Under the pieces are notes generated by a model. The model had not been told where the DNA came from, searched no databases, and worked only from the letters and a program-made list of their open reading frames with translations. Below are positions 23,250 through 33,047 of a stretch of DNA of 33,047 nt, in pieces. A program made the position numbers and the translations under genes. How positions within the stretch are numbered: position 1 is the first letter of the stretch; the number at the start of each line of letters is the position of its first letter. The DNA is from Octopus bimaculoides (taxonomy: Eukaryota): assembly GCF_001194135.2 (NCBI RefSeq), contig NC_068982.1, forward strand, positions 165,291,066-165,324,112. The letters are read 5' to 3'.

Positions 23250-25229
23250 TATATATATAAATTTTTTAAAATACTTAGGACATCTCAACTAGCGAAGAAT
23301 ACATTAACACACGTATTGATCAATTATACATGTATATGTATATTTGTATATTTGTGTGTTTATGTGTNNNNNNNNNNATATACATATACATATATATTAT
23401 TCACGCATAAATATATACACACACATATATATTGTATATATGTACGTCTGTATGTATATATAATCAATAATTTCTCACCTGCTCTCCTTGTATCTCAGAT
23501 TATATTTTATCGTCTAAGTTGATGTGTAATTAACTACGTGTAATGCTATTGACGAGAAGGTAAACACCTTTGTAGAAAGCAGAAATTAAACACCAATCAC
23601 AAAATGTGAGAAAGTAATATACTATGAATTTCATCAATTCTATATCTTGGAGGAAATCTGTTGTTAGACGATCTATCTATTTCAGCTTAATAATAAAGAC
23701 AAAGATTAATCTGAGTGTTTTTCGTTTGAAAATATTTCTAATCTGTCCGTTGTTTCAATAGAGAATATTATATGGTCCTATGTTGGTAGCGCTTTTAAGT
23801 ATGTCTATATAATATATATATGTGTGTGTATGTGTGTGTGTGTGTTATATTCCTATATATATATGTGTGTGTCTATATGTGTATATATGTGTCTGTATGC
23901 CTATATATACTTATATATATATATATATATAGATGTCTATTTATATCTGTGTCTGTGTATATATNNNNNNNNNNNNNNNNNNNNNNNNNNNNNNNNNNNN
24001 NNNNNNNNNNNNNNNNNNNNNNNNNNNNNNNNNNNNNNNNNNNNNNNNNNNNNNNNNNNNNNNNNNNNNNNNNNNNNNNNNNNNNNNNNNNNNNNNNNNN
24101 NNNNNNNNNNNNNNNNNNNNNNNNNNNNNNNNNNNNNNNNNNNNNNNNNNNNNNNNNNNNNNNNNNNNNNNNNNNNNNNNNNNNNNNNNNNNNNNNNNNN
24201 NNNNNNNNNNNNNNNNNNNNNNNNNNNNNNNNNNNNNNNNNNNNNNNNNNNNNNNNNNNNNNNNNNNNNNNNNNNNNNNNNNNNNNNNNNNNNNNNNNNN
24301 NNNNNNNNNNNNNNNNNNNNNNNNNNNNNNNNNNNNNNNNNNNNNNNNNNNNNNNNNNNNNNNNNNNNNNNNNNNNNNNNNNNNNNNNNNNNNNNNNNNN
24401 NNNNNNNNNNNNNNNNNNNNNNNNNNNNNNNNNNNNNNNNNNNNNNNNNNNNNNNNNNNNNNNNNNNNNNNNNNNNNNNNNNNNNNNNNNNNNNNNNNNN
24501 NNNNNNNNNNNNNNNNNNNNNNNNNNNNNNNNNNNNNNNNNNNNNNNNNNNNNNNNNNNNNNNNNNNNNNNNNNNNNNNNNNNNNNNNNNNNNNNNNNNN
24601 NNNNNNNNNNNNNNNNNNNNNNNNNNNNNNNNNNNNNNNNNNNNNNNNNNNNNNNNNNNNNNNNNNNNNNNNNNNNNNNNNNNNNNNNNNNNNNNNNNNN
24701 NNNNNNNNNNNNNNNNNNNNNNNNNNNNNNNNNNNNNNNNNNNNNNNNNNNNNNNNNNNNNNNNNNNNNNNNNNNNNNNNNNNNNNNNNNNNNNNNNNNN
24801 NNNNNNNNNNNNNNNNNNNNNNNNNNNNNNNNNNNNNNNNNNNNNNNNNNNNNNNNNNNGGGGGGGGTATCTGTATACGTATAGATATAAGCATGTACAT
24901 ATACGTATATATATTATTTATATCATTATATGATTGAACGGCACGCACCTCCTCCAAGTAAGTTTTATCTTAATAATCGTGATGCGCACTAAATACGATC
25001 CTTTCACTCTTTCGTCTTTATCTTTTTCTCTCTTATTATGTTATCTCCTCTTCTCCCACTACTCTAGCCTATTACACTGTCACTCTCACCCCTCACTCCT
25101 GATCCCTTGTTCGTGTGGCTCCCTCGTGACCATCGGCCATCTTTCTTTTTTCTCCTAACTTGCGTTTCTTTATTTCCCTCCGTGGTAGCTGGAACAAGGA
25201 AGATGTCTTCTTGTCTGTCTCCTGTCCAC

Positions 25230-25574
25230 GCTTGATTTACACGTCCGCCACCACAAAATCATTTAGGCTTAGCAACCCTTCCTGTTTGTTTTCACTGTGC
25301 AGTTTGTGTTACCAATTTTGGCCTTCCGCAAAATCCCAAACTTTATTTAATTTGCTTTGCGGGAGCAACTGCTTTCTTGAAAGAGTAAATTGATGTTAAA
25401 TTCTCGAAATATGAGAGTAGAAAAACAGCCCACAACTGATGAAGGGTCATACTTTATGTTGTTTGTCTTGTTTTCCATTTGTGTCTGTTGTTGTTCGAAA
25501 AAATAGTTCATATTCCATGTACTCGTACTTCATATTTTTATTGTACACGTTTCGTGACGTCCTGTGCCTACATA

Positions 25575-25576
<2 letters not shown>
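25230..25576 (+). repeat. Dispersed repeat abutting (TA)n, homologous to 13-330 (inverted)
   Basis: See the 13-330 entry; the same blocks occur in the same order on the opposite strand. Confidence 0.7.
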
Positions 25577-25616
<40 letters not shown>

Positions 25617-26252
25617 NNNNNNNNNNNNNNNNNNNNNNNNNNNNNNNNNNNNNNNNNNNNNNNNNNNNNNNNNNNNNNNNNNNNNNNNNNNNNNNNNNNN
25701 NNNNNNNNNNNNNNNNNNNNNNNNNNNNNNNNNNNNNNNNNNNNNNNNNNNNNNNNNNNNNNNNNNNNNNNNNNNNNNNNNNNNNNNNNNNNNNNNNNNN
25801 NNNNNNNNNNNNNNNNNNNNNNNNNNNNNNNNNNNNNNNNNNNNNNNNNNNNNNNNNNNNNNNNNNNNNNNNNNNNNNNNNNNNNNNNNNNNNNNNNNNN
25901 NNNNNNNNNNNNNNNNNNNNNNNNNNNNNNNNNNNNNNNNNNNNNNNNNNNNNNNNNNNNNNNNNNNNNNNNNNNNNNNNNNNNNNNNNNNNNNNNNNNN
26001 NNNNNNNNNNNNNNNNNNNNNNNNNNNNNNNNNNNNNNNNNNNNNNNNNNNNNNNNNNNNNNNNNNNNNNNNNNNNNNNNNNNNNNNNNNNNNNNNNNNN
26101 NNNNNNNNNNNNNNNNNNNNNNNNNNNNNNNNNNNNNNNNNNNNNNNNNNNNNNNNNNNNNNNNNNNNNNNNNNNNNNNNNNNNNNNNNNNNNNNNNNNN
26201 NNNNNNNNNNTATATACTCACATATATATGTATACATATACATGTCCATATA

Positions 26253-27012
26253 TTTTTCTTTTCTTCTTTTTTTTTAGTTTCAGCTCAAACCTGTGTCCAT
26301 GCTGGGTGCTGCCATTTTGCTACGCTATTATTATTGAGATCCTCCTCTAACATGTGGCATTTGGTAAATAAGGGTATTTGATATAGCTAGCCTCATTTGC
26401 ACCTCTTGCCAAGAGGTAGGTTCATCAGGGACTCTCGACAGGAAGAGATCCAGTTTCGATTTGAAAACACCTACATCTTTTTTTTGTAGATCCCCCAGGC
26501 CCTTTGGGAGAAATTTAAAAAGCTATGGTCCCTTGAAACCCAGGCTTTTTCAGTAACTGTTCCTGAATCGCGATGGCATTGCTGGTATCTTTTGCACTGT
26601 ACAGTGTCGACTCGTTCTGGCATTTGTGTAGCTTCAATGCCAAAATTTGGTACAATTACTTGCAGAATCATTCAGATGTATATTACTGCATACCTCTTGC
26701 GCCTTCATTCGAGGGAATAAAGTTTTATTTGTTTCGGCCTTTCCCAATAGCTAAGCTGTTGCAATGAGACGATCTTCTTTGTGAAACTTCACCGGACTGC
26801 TTCAAAGTCCGCTGTTAATTTTACACTGATGGGTGACCATAAATGGGAGCAGTAATCCAGGTGGCTGAGGACGAATGTCCTCCTGAGGACCATCATAGGT
26901 TCCTCCTCTCTGGTCTTTGGTTCTGAACGTAATGTGCATTTGGAAAGAGCTATCATCACTCATGTCGATACCCAGGTCCCTCACTGATTTAAGCTCTGGG
27001 ATTGTAATCCCA
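26253..27012 (-). mobile_element. 5'-truncated CR1/L2-type (Jockey-group) LINE: end of the RT ORF, 3' UTR and A-rich tail
   Basis: Reads GITIPELKSVRDLGIDMSDDSSFQMHI; TFVLSHLDYCSHLWSP..VKLTADFEAVR*SFTKKI..LSYWER..KLYSLE*RRKRYAVIYI*MILQVIVPNFGIE; SLGFKGP*LFKFLP..VFKSKLDLFLSRVPDEP. It ends GAGCTGAAACTAAAAAAAAGAAGAAAAGAAAAA. Confidence 0.85.
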
Positions 27013-27333
27013 TTTATAGACATATACACGTCTTCTGAAAATTCATTCAGATACCCCGAAAATAGGACAAAGACTAGCCTGGCAAAATACGTCAGGCAAT
27101 TAAAAGAAAGCGAAACCCGACCTTTCAACGTGACATGAAGGATTTTTGGTAGAGCATCAACTTACAGGCACGGTGCCAACACAAGACCAATTAAATGTGA
27201 TTTGTTTCTATTGAAGAAATTCCATATTTTATTCCAAGACAAGAAAGCTTTAAACCAAAGACACGAACCTTTAAATTCATGTAGACATGCGTCTAAATCT
27301 AAAATGTCGGCTAATAACAAACCATATGGGTAG
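27013..27333 (+). pseudogene. Penelope-like element GIY-YIG endonuclease, C-terminal half
   Basis: One frame with a single stop (TGA at 27136 where Trp is expected): NSFRYPENRTKTSLAKYVRQLKESETRPFNVT*RIFGRASTYRHG...KCDLFLLKKFHILF..KKALNQRHEPLNSCRHASK. This matches the PLE C-terminal pattern SF..T.LSKYIW.LK..W.I..A..Y..C.LCL.EK..I..LN.R.E....CRH. Confidence 0.8.
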
Positions 27334-28760
27334 TATATTTTTGATAATATTTGACTCCTTAAAACCGCGTTCCCACTATTGGATTTGTACCTCATTATAC
27401 ATTATTTACTTCGCATTGCAAGAATATTGTATAGATCCCTACGTTTTTTAAGAAAGCCTTCGACTGTTATATGCATAGTTTTCTTGTTTTTATTTTATTT
27501 TATTGTATTTTTATTAATTTTGAAATATTTTGTAAACAAATTTAACCGTTTTTATGGATAGTGCGATCTATGGGATTCTATTATGAATGTATTTTGCCCA
27601 ATGTTTGCTATTATACCCTCAGCACTTTCTTTAAAAAGTTATCTGCATATGTACGTTAAGACCTAAATTTATATGGATGTCTGTATTGTAGCAATGCATA
27701 TATATTCCTATGTGTGCGTCTATGCTTATGTATAGAGCCTATGTTTATACTTGTGCACATACATACATGGTTTCGTGTTTGTCCGTCTTTGTATATGTGT
27801 GGGTAAGAGTGTATGCTTATATTTACACATACATACATACATACATTCGTGTGTGTGCGTCTATATTACATATGGGAATGTGCGCTCATACTTATACACA
27901 TACATGCTTGAATGTGTGCGTACGCATGTGTACAATTATATTTGTGTGTATTCGCGTACATATCCCTATATATCTGTATACGTGATGCTAATGTACATTT
28001 TTGTATACACATATATACGTAATCCAATTTTCTGTGCGTTTGTTATATACGCTTCTCTACCTTCTTTCTCACTTTCATCGTTTCTCTCTTTCTTTCCTCA
28101 CGAAAACTATGCTTTCTCCCTTTCTGCATTAGTGACGTCCTTTATCTTTACGTTACTTTTCTCAGCCCTTACTCCCCCCCCCCTCCATAAGTTTAAGATA
28201 CACTTACCTGTTCCAACGCTGAATAATTTTCGTATGCGAGCATGATTGCGTGCATATGTGTATATGTATACATGTGTATTCGTGCATGTATTTATGTCTT
28301 ACAAATATGTGCCTATATACGTATATTGTGTGTACGTATGCATTATGATGTATATATTTATGTTGTAGATAGTCTAGTATTACTTATATACTGTTGTAAA
28401 ATTTTAATTTTTTATTTTAATGCAGCGTAAACTTTATTTTAATTTTAATGTTAATTGAGCGATAATTCGAATTATTTACAATATGTAAGAAATTATAGTA
28501 CCGGCTTCAGTCCTTGCGACTTTTTCAACTTAGAGTAAAACATGAAAAACAATTTCAATTATGGAAAAATTAGATGAAATGTTTTTTTTAAATATTTGCA
28601 CAGTTTTCAAATGCAAGGGACATTTTCCTTTTATTCTGTCTGTCTCTGTCTCTCTCTTTTACTCTTGTGGGTCCTGGGTAGTTAGCAGTAGCTAGCTAGT
28701 TTGATATGAATATTGTCTTTGATTGTTTAAGCAGCAGTATTAGTAGACAAAGGAGGTGGC

Positions 28761-28927
28761 GAAGAAGAAGAAGAAGAAGAAGAAGAAGAAGAAGAAGAAG
28801 AAGAAGAAGAAGAAGAAGAAGAAGAAGAAGAAGAAGAAGAAGAANNNNNNNNNNAGAAGAAGAAGAAGAAGAAGAAGAAGAAGAAGAAGAAGAAGAAGAA
28901 GAAGAACAACAACAACAACAACAACAA
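28761..28927. repeat. (AAG)n microsatellite spanning a 10-N gap, followed by (AAC)n
   Basis: Direct reading. Confidence 0.97.
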
Positions 28928-30649
28928 GAGAAAGAATAATAAAAATGAGGGAGTGGTATGACAGTAACAGGATGCCGGTAGAATCCTCTTAAATGGTCAA
29001 GTGACCTAAAAGTGATTCGTTGTGATTGTAATAGTCGTGATTGGAATTATTCTGAATAAATTCATGTGACTGTTTTGAATATAGTGTTTACAAAATTTGT
29101 GTGCGTGGTATTCGAAGGCCCTGGTGATGGTGTCATTTTTGGTGGATGTATCCAAAAGAGGGTTTATATTTTGTGATAAAAAGAATGACTCTTCAATAAT
29201 GTGCTGAATACAGGCTGTATCGACCCTGAATTGATAGAGGGGGAGTAAATTTTGCACGCGTATACTATTTCCATAAACGAAATAATCGTAATCGTCGAAT
29301 GTAAAGTTTTAGCTTACCTTCAACAAGATTGTATTCAGTGACATTGTTAAATTACATTGAATTTCTATAGATAAATTCAATGTTCGTAGATTGTCAGGAT
29401 CATAGGCGCGTTGTACAAAGTTCCTTGTATTTGTTTTTGCTTTTGCATTCAATTCCCACCGATGTCAATTGACCATTCTTTCTTCAGGGGTTGACAAGTA
29501 ATGAGTTGGCTAATCCTCTCCCAAAATATGCTTGCCTTCTACTTAAAGTAATATATTTTGTTGTTATTTCGGTGTCACTACTAATAAATGATCTACAGTT
29601 CGAGTATTTTGTGGTGACGCCAACAAAGTTAAATATCTAAAATATCTATAATTATTATAGGATTTCGATTAATATTGTTTCTCTATTAATACCTAAAATT
29701 TAGACGTTTTCATTAAAACAAGCGTAAATGTAACATTATTACTAACTGGAATTCTGCATAACTTCGCATATCGAAATTAATTGTGTAGAATGTAATGTTA
29801 AATGTCCATATGAAATCTCTTAATTTATTTAACATTGCATTATAAAGCTCCTTTTTCAATCAATTCTTTCAGACAATAGGTTCCGTTATAGTTGTTTCCC
29901 CCATCGAGAATATTCATTTATCGACAGAGATATAAGCGCGACCTTTTGTGAAAATCAGCTTTGGTTACGTATGCACTTGAGACTAGTGCTTTAGAAACAC
30001 TTAAGTTTCCCTCATCAGATAGCCGAACATTTCATTTGCTTTTTAAGATCTAATTAGTCAAAATAGTAATTGCCTATTTAAAACAACAAATTACTTTATT
30101 GCCATCACAATTACAGACGATAATTAATTTAAGCAATTGAATCACTGGGAAATATTGATTGATCAAAAAGGGAAGTGAATGGAAAAAAAAAAAGAAAATA
30201 CACTGCCAATCGAAATATATTTGAATAGGAACAGAGGAGAGTGAACCAATTTAGTGTAAAAGCTGTTAGAAATCTTCGGAGACTAGCAGTAAAATACACT
30301 ATACACATTGGACAACTGGTTATGGTAATAAAAGAATAGCTGGCGGAGGATAGCCAAAACAGCCGAATATCAACTAAATTATTTATAGTTAATCGAAACC
30401 ATTTTCTTATTTCTGGGTTCAAATGCCATTGCCATACATGCTTATGAACAACGGTGACTATATTTATCAACCACAATATTTTAATATTTTGCTTCGTACA
30501 CACTCGATACATACACACACACATACATACATACATATGAGAGAGGGGAGAAGAAGAGCGTGGTTGTTTAATATTCGACAAATTATACGCCTTATTATAT
30601 CAAAAACTTGTGAGTGTCGTCAAGTGCATCATAGTAGTTCACTAATATC

Positions 30650-30878
30650 ATATCTTCTAATATCTACAAGGCCTGATTTTTTTTTTTTTTTTTTTTTTTT
30701 TGGTGGGTGCTACTCGATTACATCAACTCCAGTGTTTCACAGGTACTTAATTTATCGACCCCGAAACGATGAAAGTCAAAGTCGACCTCGGTGGAATTTG
30801 AACTTAGAACATAGCGACGGATGAAATACCGCTAAGTGTTTGTCCAGCGTGCTAAAGATTCTACCAGCTTTCCGCCTT
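30650..30878 (-). mobile_element. SINE family B, full length, with an 18-bp target-site duplication
   Basis: Aligns with 19771-19982. It is flanked by TAGTAGTTCACTAATATC (30632-30649) and TAGTAGTTCACTAACATC (30879-30896), which differ at one position. An internal poly-T run lies at ~30677-30701. Confidence 0.88.
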
Positions 30879-31489
30879 TAGTAGTTCACTAACATCGATT
30901 CAACAATGTGGCTCGGACTTAGCTTTTGCAGAAGTACTCCTCATCTTTTCGGAGGTATATTTGCATAGCAGTTGTGTTGATATGAGATTCTGAGCTGAAA
31001 CTAAAGCGATTACAGCGTGACACACGTTAGACATTAAGAAATACACTAAGACTTTTAACTTCACTTAAACATTTATCTGTAATACGGTGTTAAAATTATC
31101 GTCGATGGAAACTGCGACCTGTTCATTGACAAATAATTTTGCTACAAAATTCAGGTCGAAGTTTCGAGCGACAAATTTTTTGACACCATATTACAAATAA
31201 ATATGTAAGTGAAATTAACGATCTTACTGTGTTTCTGAATGGGTAACTTGTCTTCGACTCTACATTCGAAAATTATTTCAAAGAGGATAAATATGTGTTC
31301 ATTACATTAACAGCTTTTGAACGTATAAAATGACCAGAATGGCCAAAATTAAAAGTCTATTTTCCTTCTGTTGCATTTCAAGATTAAATAATATTAGATT
31401 GAGACGGTAATTTAAAATTTGTATTTTCGCTTTAGTATACTATCTTACTGATAGAGTGTCTTTATTATGATCTGGATAAATCGACAAAT

Positions 31490-31645
31490 CTTTCGACAGA
31501 ATGAATTATGGGTATTTAGTCTCGGCCCATTACCTTCTGCATTCAAACTCATTGTGTTCGACCTGGCGGTTCATTTATCTGTTGTTGGTAAAAATAAATA
31601 CGACGTAAATGATGCAGGTAATGTAATTAATTATCCTCTTATTCC
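31490..31645 (+). mobile_element. Probable old, heavily diverged SINE family B copy
   Basis: GGTATTT..TTACCTTCTGCATTCAAA..GTTCGACC..TTCAT..AAATAAATAC..ATGTAATT follows the family B order, but identity is low. Confidence 0.4.
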
Positions 31646-31736
31646 AGAGTTTCTCAACAGAACCTATATGCATACCTATAAAATCATTGTCACAAATTAT
31701 TATATACAATTATTCAAAAACTTCTTAAATTAGCTG

Positions 31737-32020
31737 TATAAATACGCTTCCAATGACCCGTCACCCACTTTATAAGTGTGATTTTAACTCATATTATACC
31801 ATGCCAAATTTTGTGCTGCCAGAAAACAAAGCCAAATGAGGAAATAAAGTCCTAGACACCCAGATATTTCAGAATTTTTTGAGTTTTATGAACTCCGGGA
31901 ATTGACTTATTAATACGCCTTCAATGAGCCCTCAACAACTATCAGTGGAAACGTTTCTGTCAATTCATGGCCAAGTTTTGGTATCTAGACGCTGAACAAG
32001 AGGCAAACGAAGCATTTAGT
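31737..32020 (+). repeat. Diverged tandem duplication with ~171-bp period
   Basis: 31737-31769 and 31908-31940 match at 26 of 33 positions. A second block, GCCAAATTTTGT (31803) versus GCCAAGTTTTGG (31970), follows at a 167-bp offset. Confidence 0.6.
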
Positions 32021-32499
32021 ACAACTTAAAAAGTGACCGACTTTAGTTAGTTAGGAAATTTATATACTGTGGAAAGAAGTGATACAGAAATGAAAGTAGA
32101 CAGGAAGTACAGGACCACAGTGAATGATGGATTAAGAACCCGATTACATTAAACACGTTCCACGAAAACCTCTTTTCTGCTCGATGTGGTAGATGAACTA
32201 TAACGTTGGATATTGTTATTTCGCCGTTGCACATAACCAGATAGATTTTATCTATCTGCATATGTATACCTCACACCAGCGATTCGAATTCGTTTCCAGG
32301 TGACTTGGTTATATGCTCACATTATTAGAGCTGCTTCTAATTGAAACATTCATATTAATTTCGGTTTCTGCATTTAGCAATCTGGAGAGAGAGATATTAA
32401 CATATATGATTAAAACTCACTTCCTGAAATACAGAAGTATTTCTGAGATCTATTTTATTGTAATCTATTGTAATAGGCAATCTCACCAGCATGATTTTG

Positions 32500-32630
32500 A
32501 TGATGATACTAATGTGACGATGACAATGATGATAATGATGATAATGATGATAATGATGATGGTGTTGATGATAAAGTGATAAAGACCAGGGCGACGATAC
32601 TGAAGATGAGAATGAAAATGATGATGAGCG
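32500..32630. repeat. Imperfect (GAT)/(ATG)n trinucleotide tract
   Basis: Direct reading. Confidence 0.9.
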
Positions 32631-33047
32631 ATTGATGGTATATTTGTAAGTTTGTATATAATCTATTCCGTAATATGATTAACTTATCTCACAGTTGTTT
32701 ATATTTTGGGGTGTATAGGAGTATATAAACTCCAAAGCACAATAGATTTATCCAGAGAGACAATTGACTTCCTGTAAAATATTTAACTGCTAATATATAT
32801 TGAATACATAAAAGAAAACTCCATAAACTGTTAAATTCATTTTGGTCAATAACGCTACATATCATTTAAGGGAAACTGTTCAATAATTTAAAATATATCT
32901 GATCGTTATTGATCAGTACAAAACCCCGGAAGTTTGGTTCGTTTTTCTATTGAAATATAAACATATTATGACATCACAGATAAAAAGAATAAATGCGATT
33001 ATGAACAACACATTATATATATATATATAAATATATATATATAAGGG

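Larger units (their letters stand above)
1439..28854. other. Assembly gaps (N-runs): 1439-2098, 4324-5106, 6162-6539, 7490-7645, 9032-9041, 11460-11469, 16784-17578, 23368-23377, 23965-24859, 25617-26210, 28845-28854
   Basis: Read directly from the sequence. Most gaps are flanked by (TA)n, (CA)n or (AAG)n, typical of a short-read scaffold. Confidence 0.98.

Noticed and set aside
1408-26381. Long ORFs of 130-370 aa full of X
   Set aside because: They only read through N gaps and flanking microsatellites; there is no coding information.
27430-27480. ATATGCATA downstream of the Penelope ORF, like stem III of the 3175/10628 hammerhead family
   Set aside because: No CUGANGA or GAAA at the right spacing.
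29975-30025. Minus-strand CUGAUGA-G-GGAAAC(UUAAGU)GUUUCU hairpin
   Set aside because: It is followed by AAAG rather than GAAA, with no stem III or stem I pairing.
30129-30824. 150-aa and 133-aa ORFs
   Set aside because: They include microsatellite and SINE sequence and show no recognisable domain or coding-like composition.
1-33047. CRISPR arrays, operons, tRNA or rRNA genes
   Set aside because: No regularly spaced repeat-spacer units and no prokaryotic gene density. The A/B-box motifs belong to SINE heads, not to cloverleaf tRNAs.

Overview
AT-rich, gap-ridden (11 N-runs) and microsatellite-dense eukaryotic DNA that looks intronic or intergenic. The repeat families resemble those I recognise from cephalopod (Octopus-like) genomes; that is an inference, not a database result. 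I find no intact protein-coding gene, rRNA, tRNA or CRISPR array, and most supplied ORFs are artefacts of N-runs or simple repeats. What can be supported is a set of transposon relics: an internally deleted Chapaev3-like DNA transposon with both TIRs and a TTA target-site duplication (14429-15688), an internally deleted Tc1/mariner-superfamily transposase (~16.3-16.7 kb), the 5' end of a mariner (22853-23249), the 3' end of a CR1/L2-type LINE (26253-27012) joined directly to a Penelope-like GIY-YIG endonuclease fragment (27013-27333), and two families of tRNA-type SINEs (one copy has an 18-bp TSD). The most interesting signal is non-coding: several minimal type I hammerhead-ribozyme motifs of the Penelope-associated kind (2126-2174, 3175-3220, 10628-10672, 15806-15852, plus more decayed ones). 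All carry mutations. This is a known ribozyme class rather than a new system, though these copies are probably unannotated. I found no convincing previously undescribed multi-gene system.
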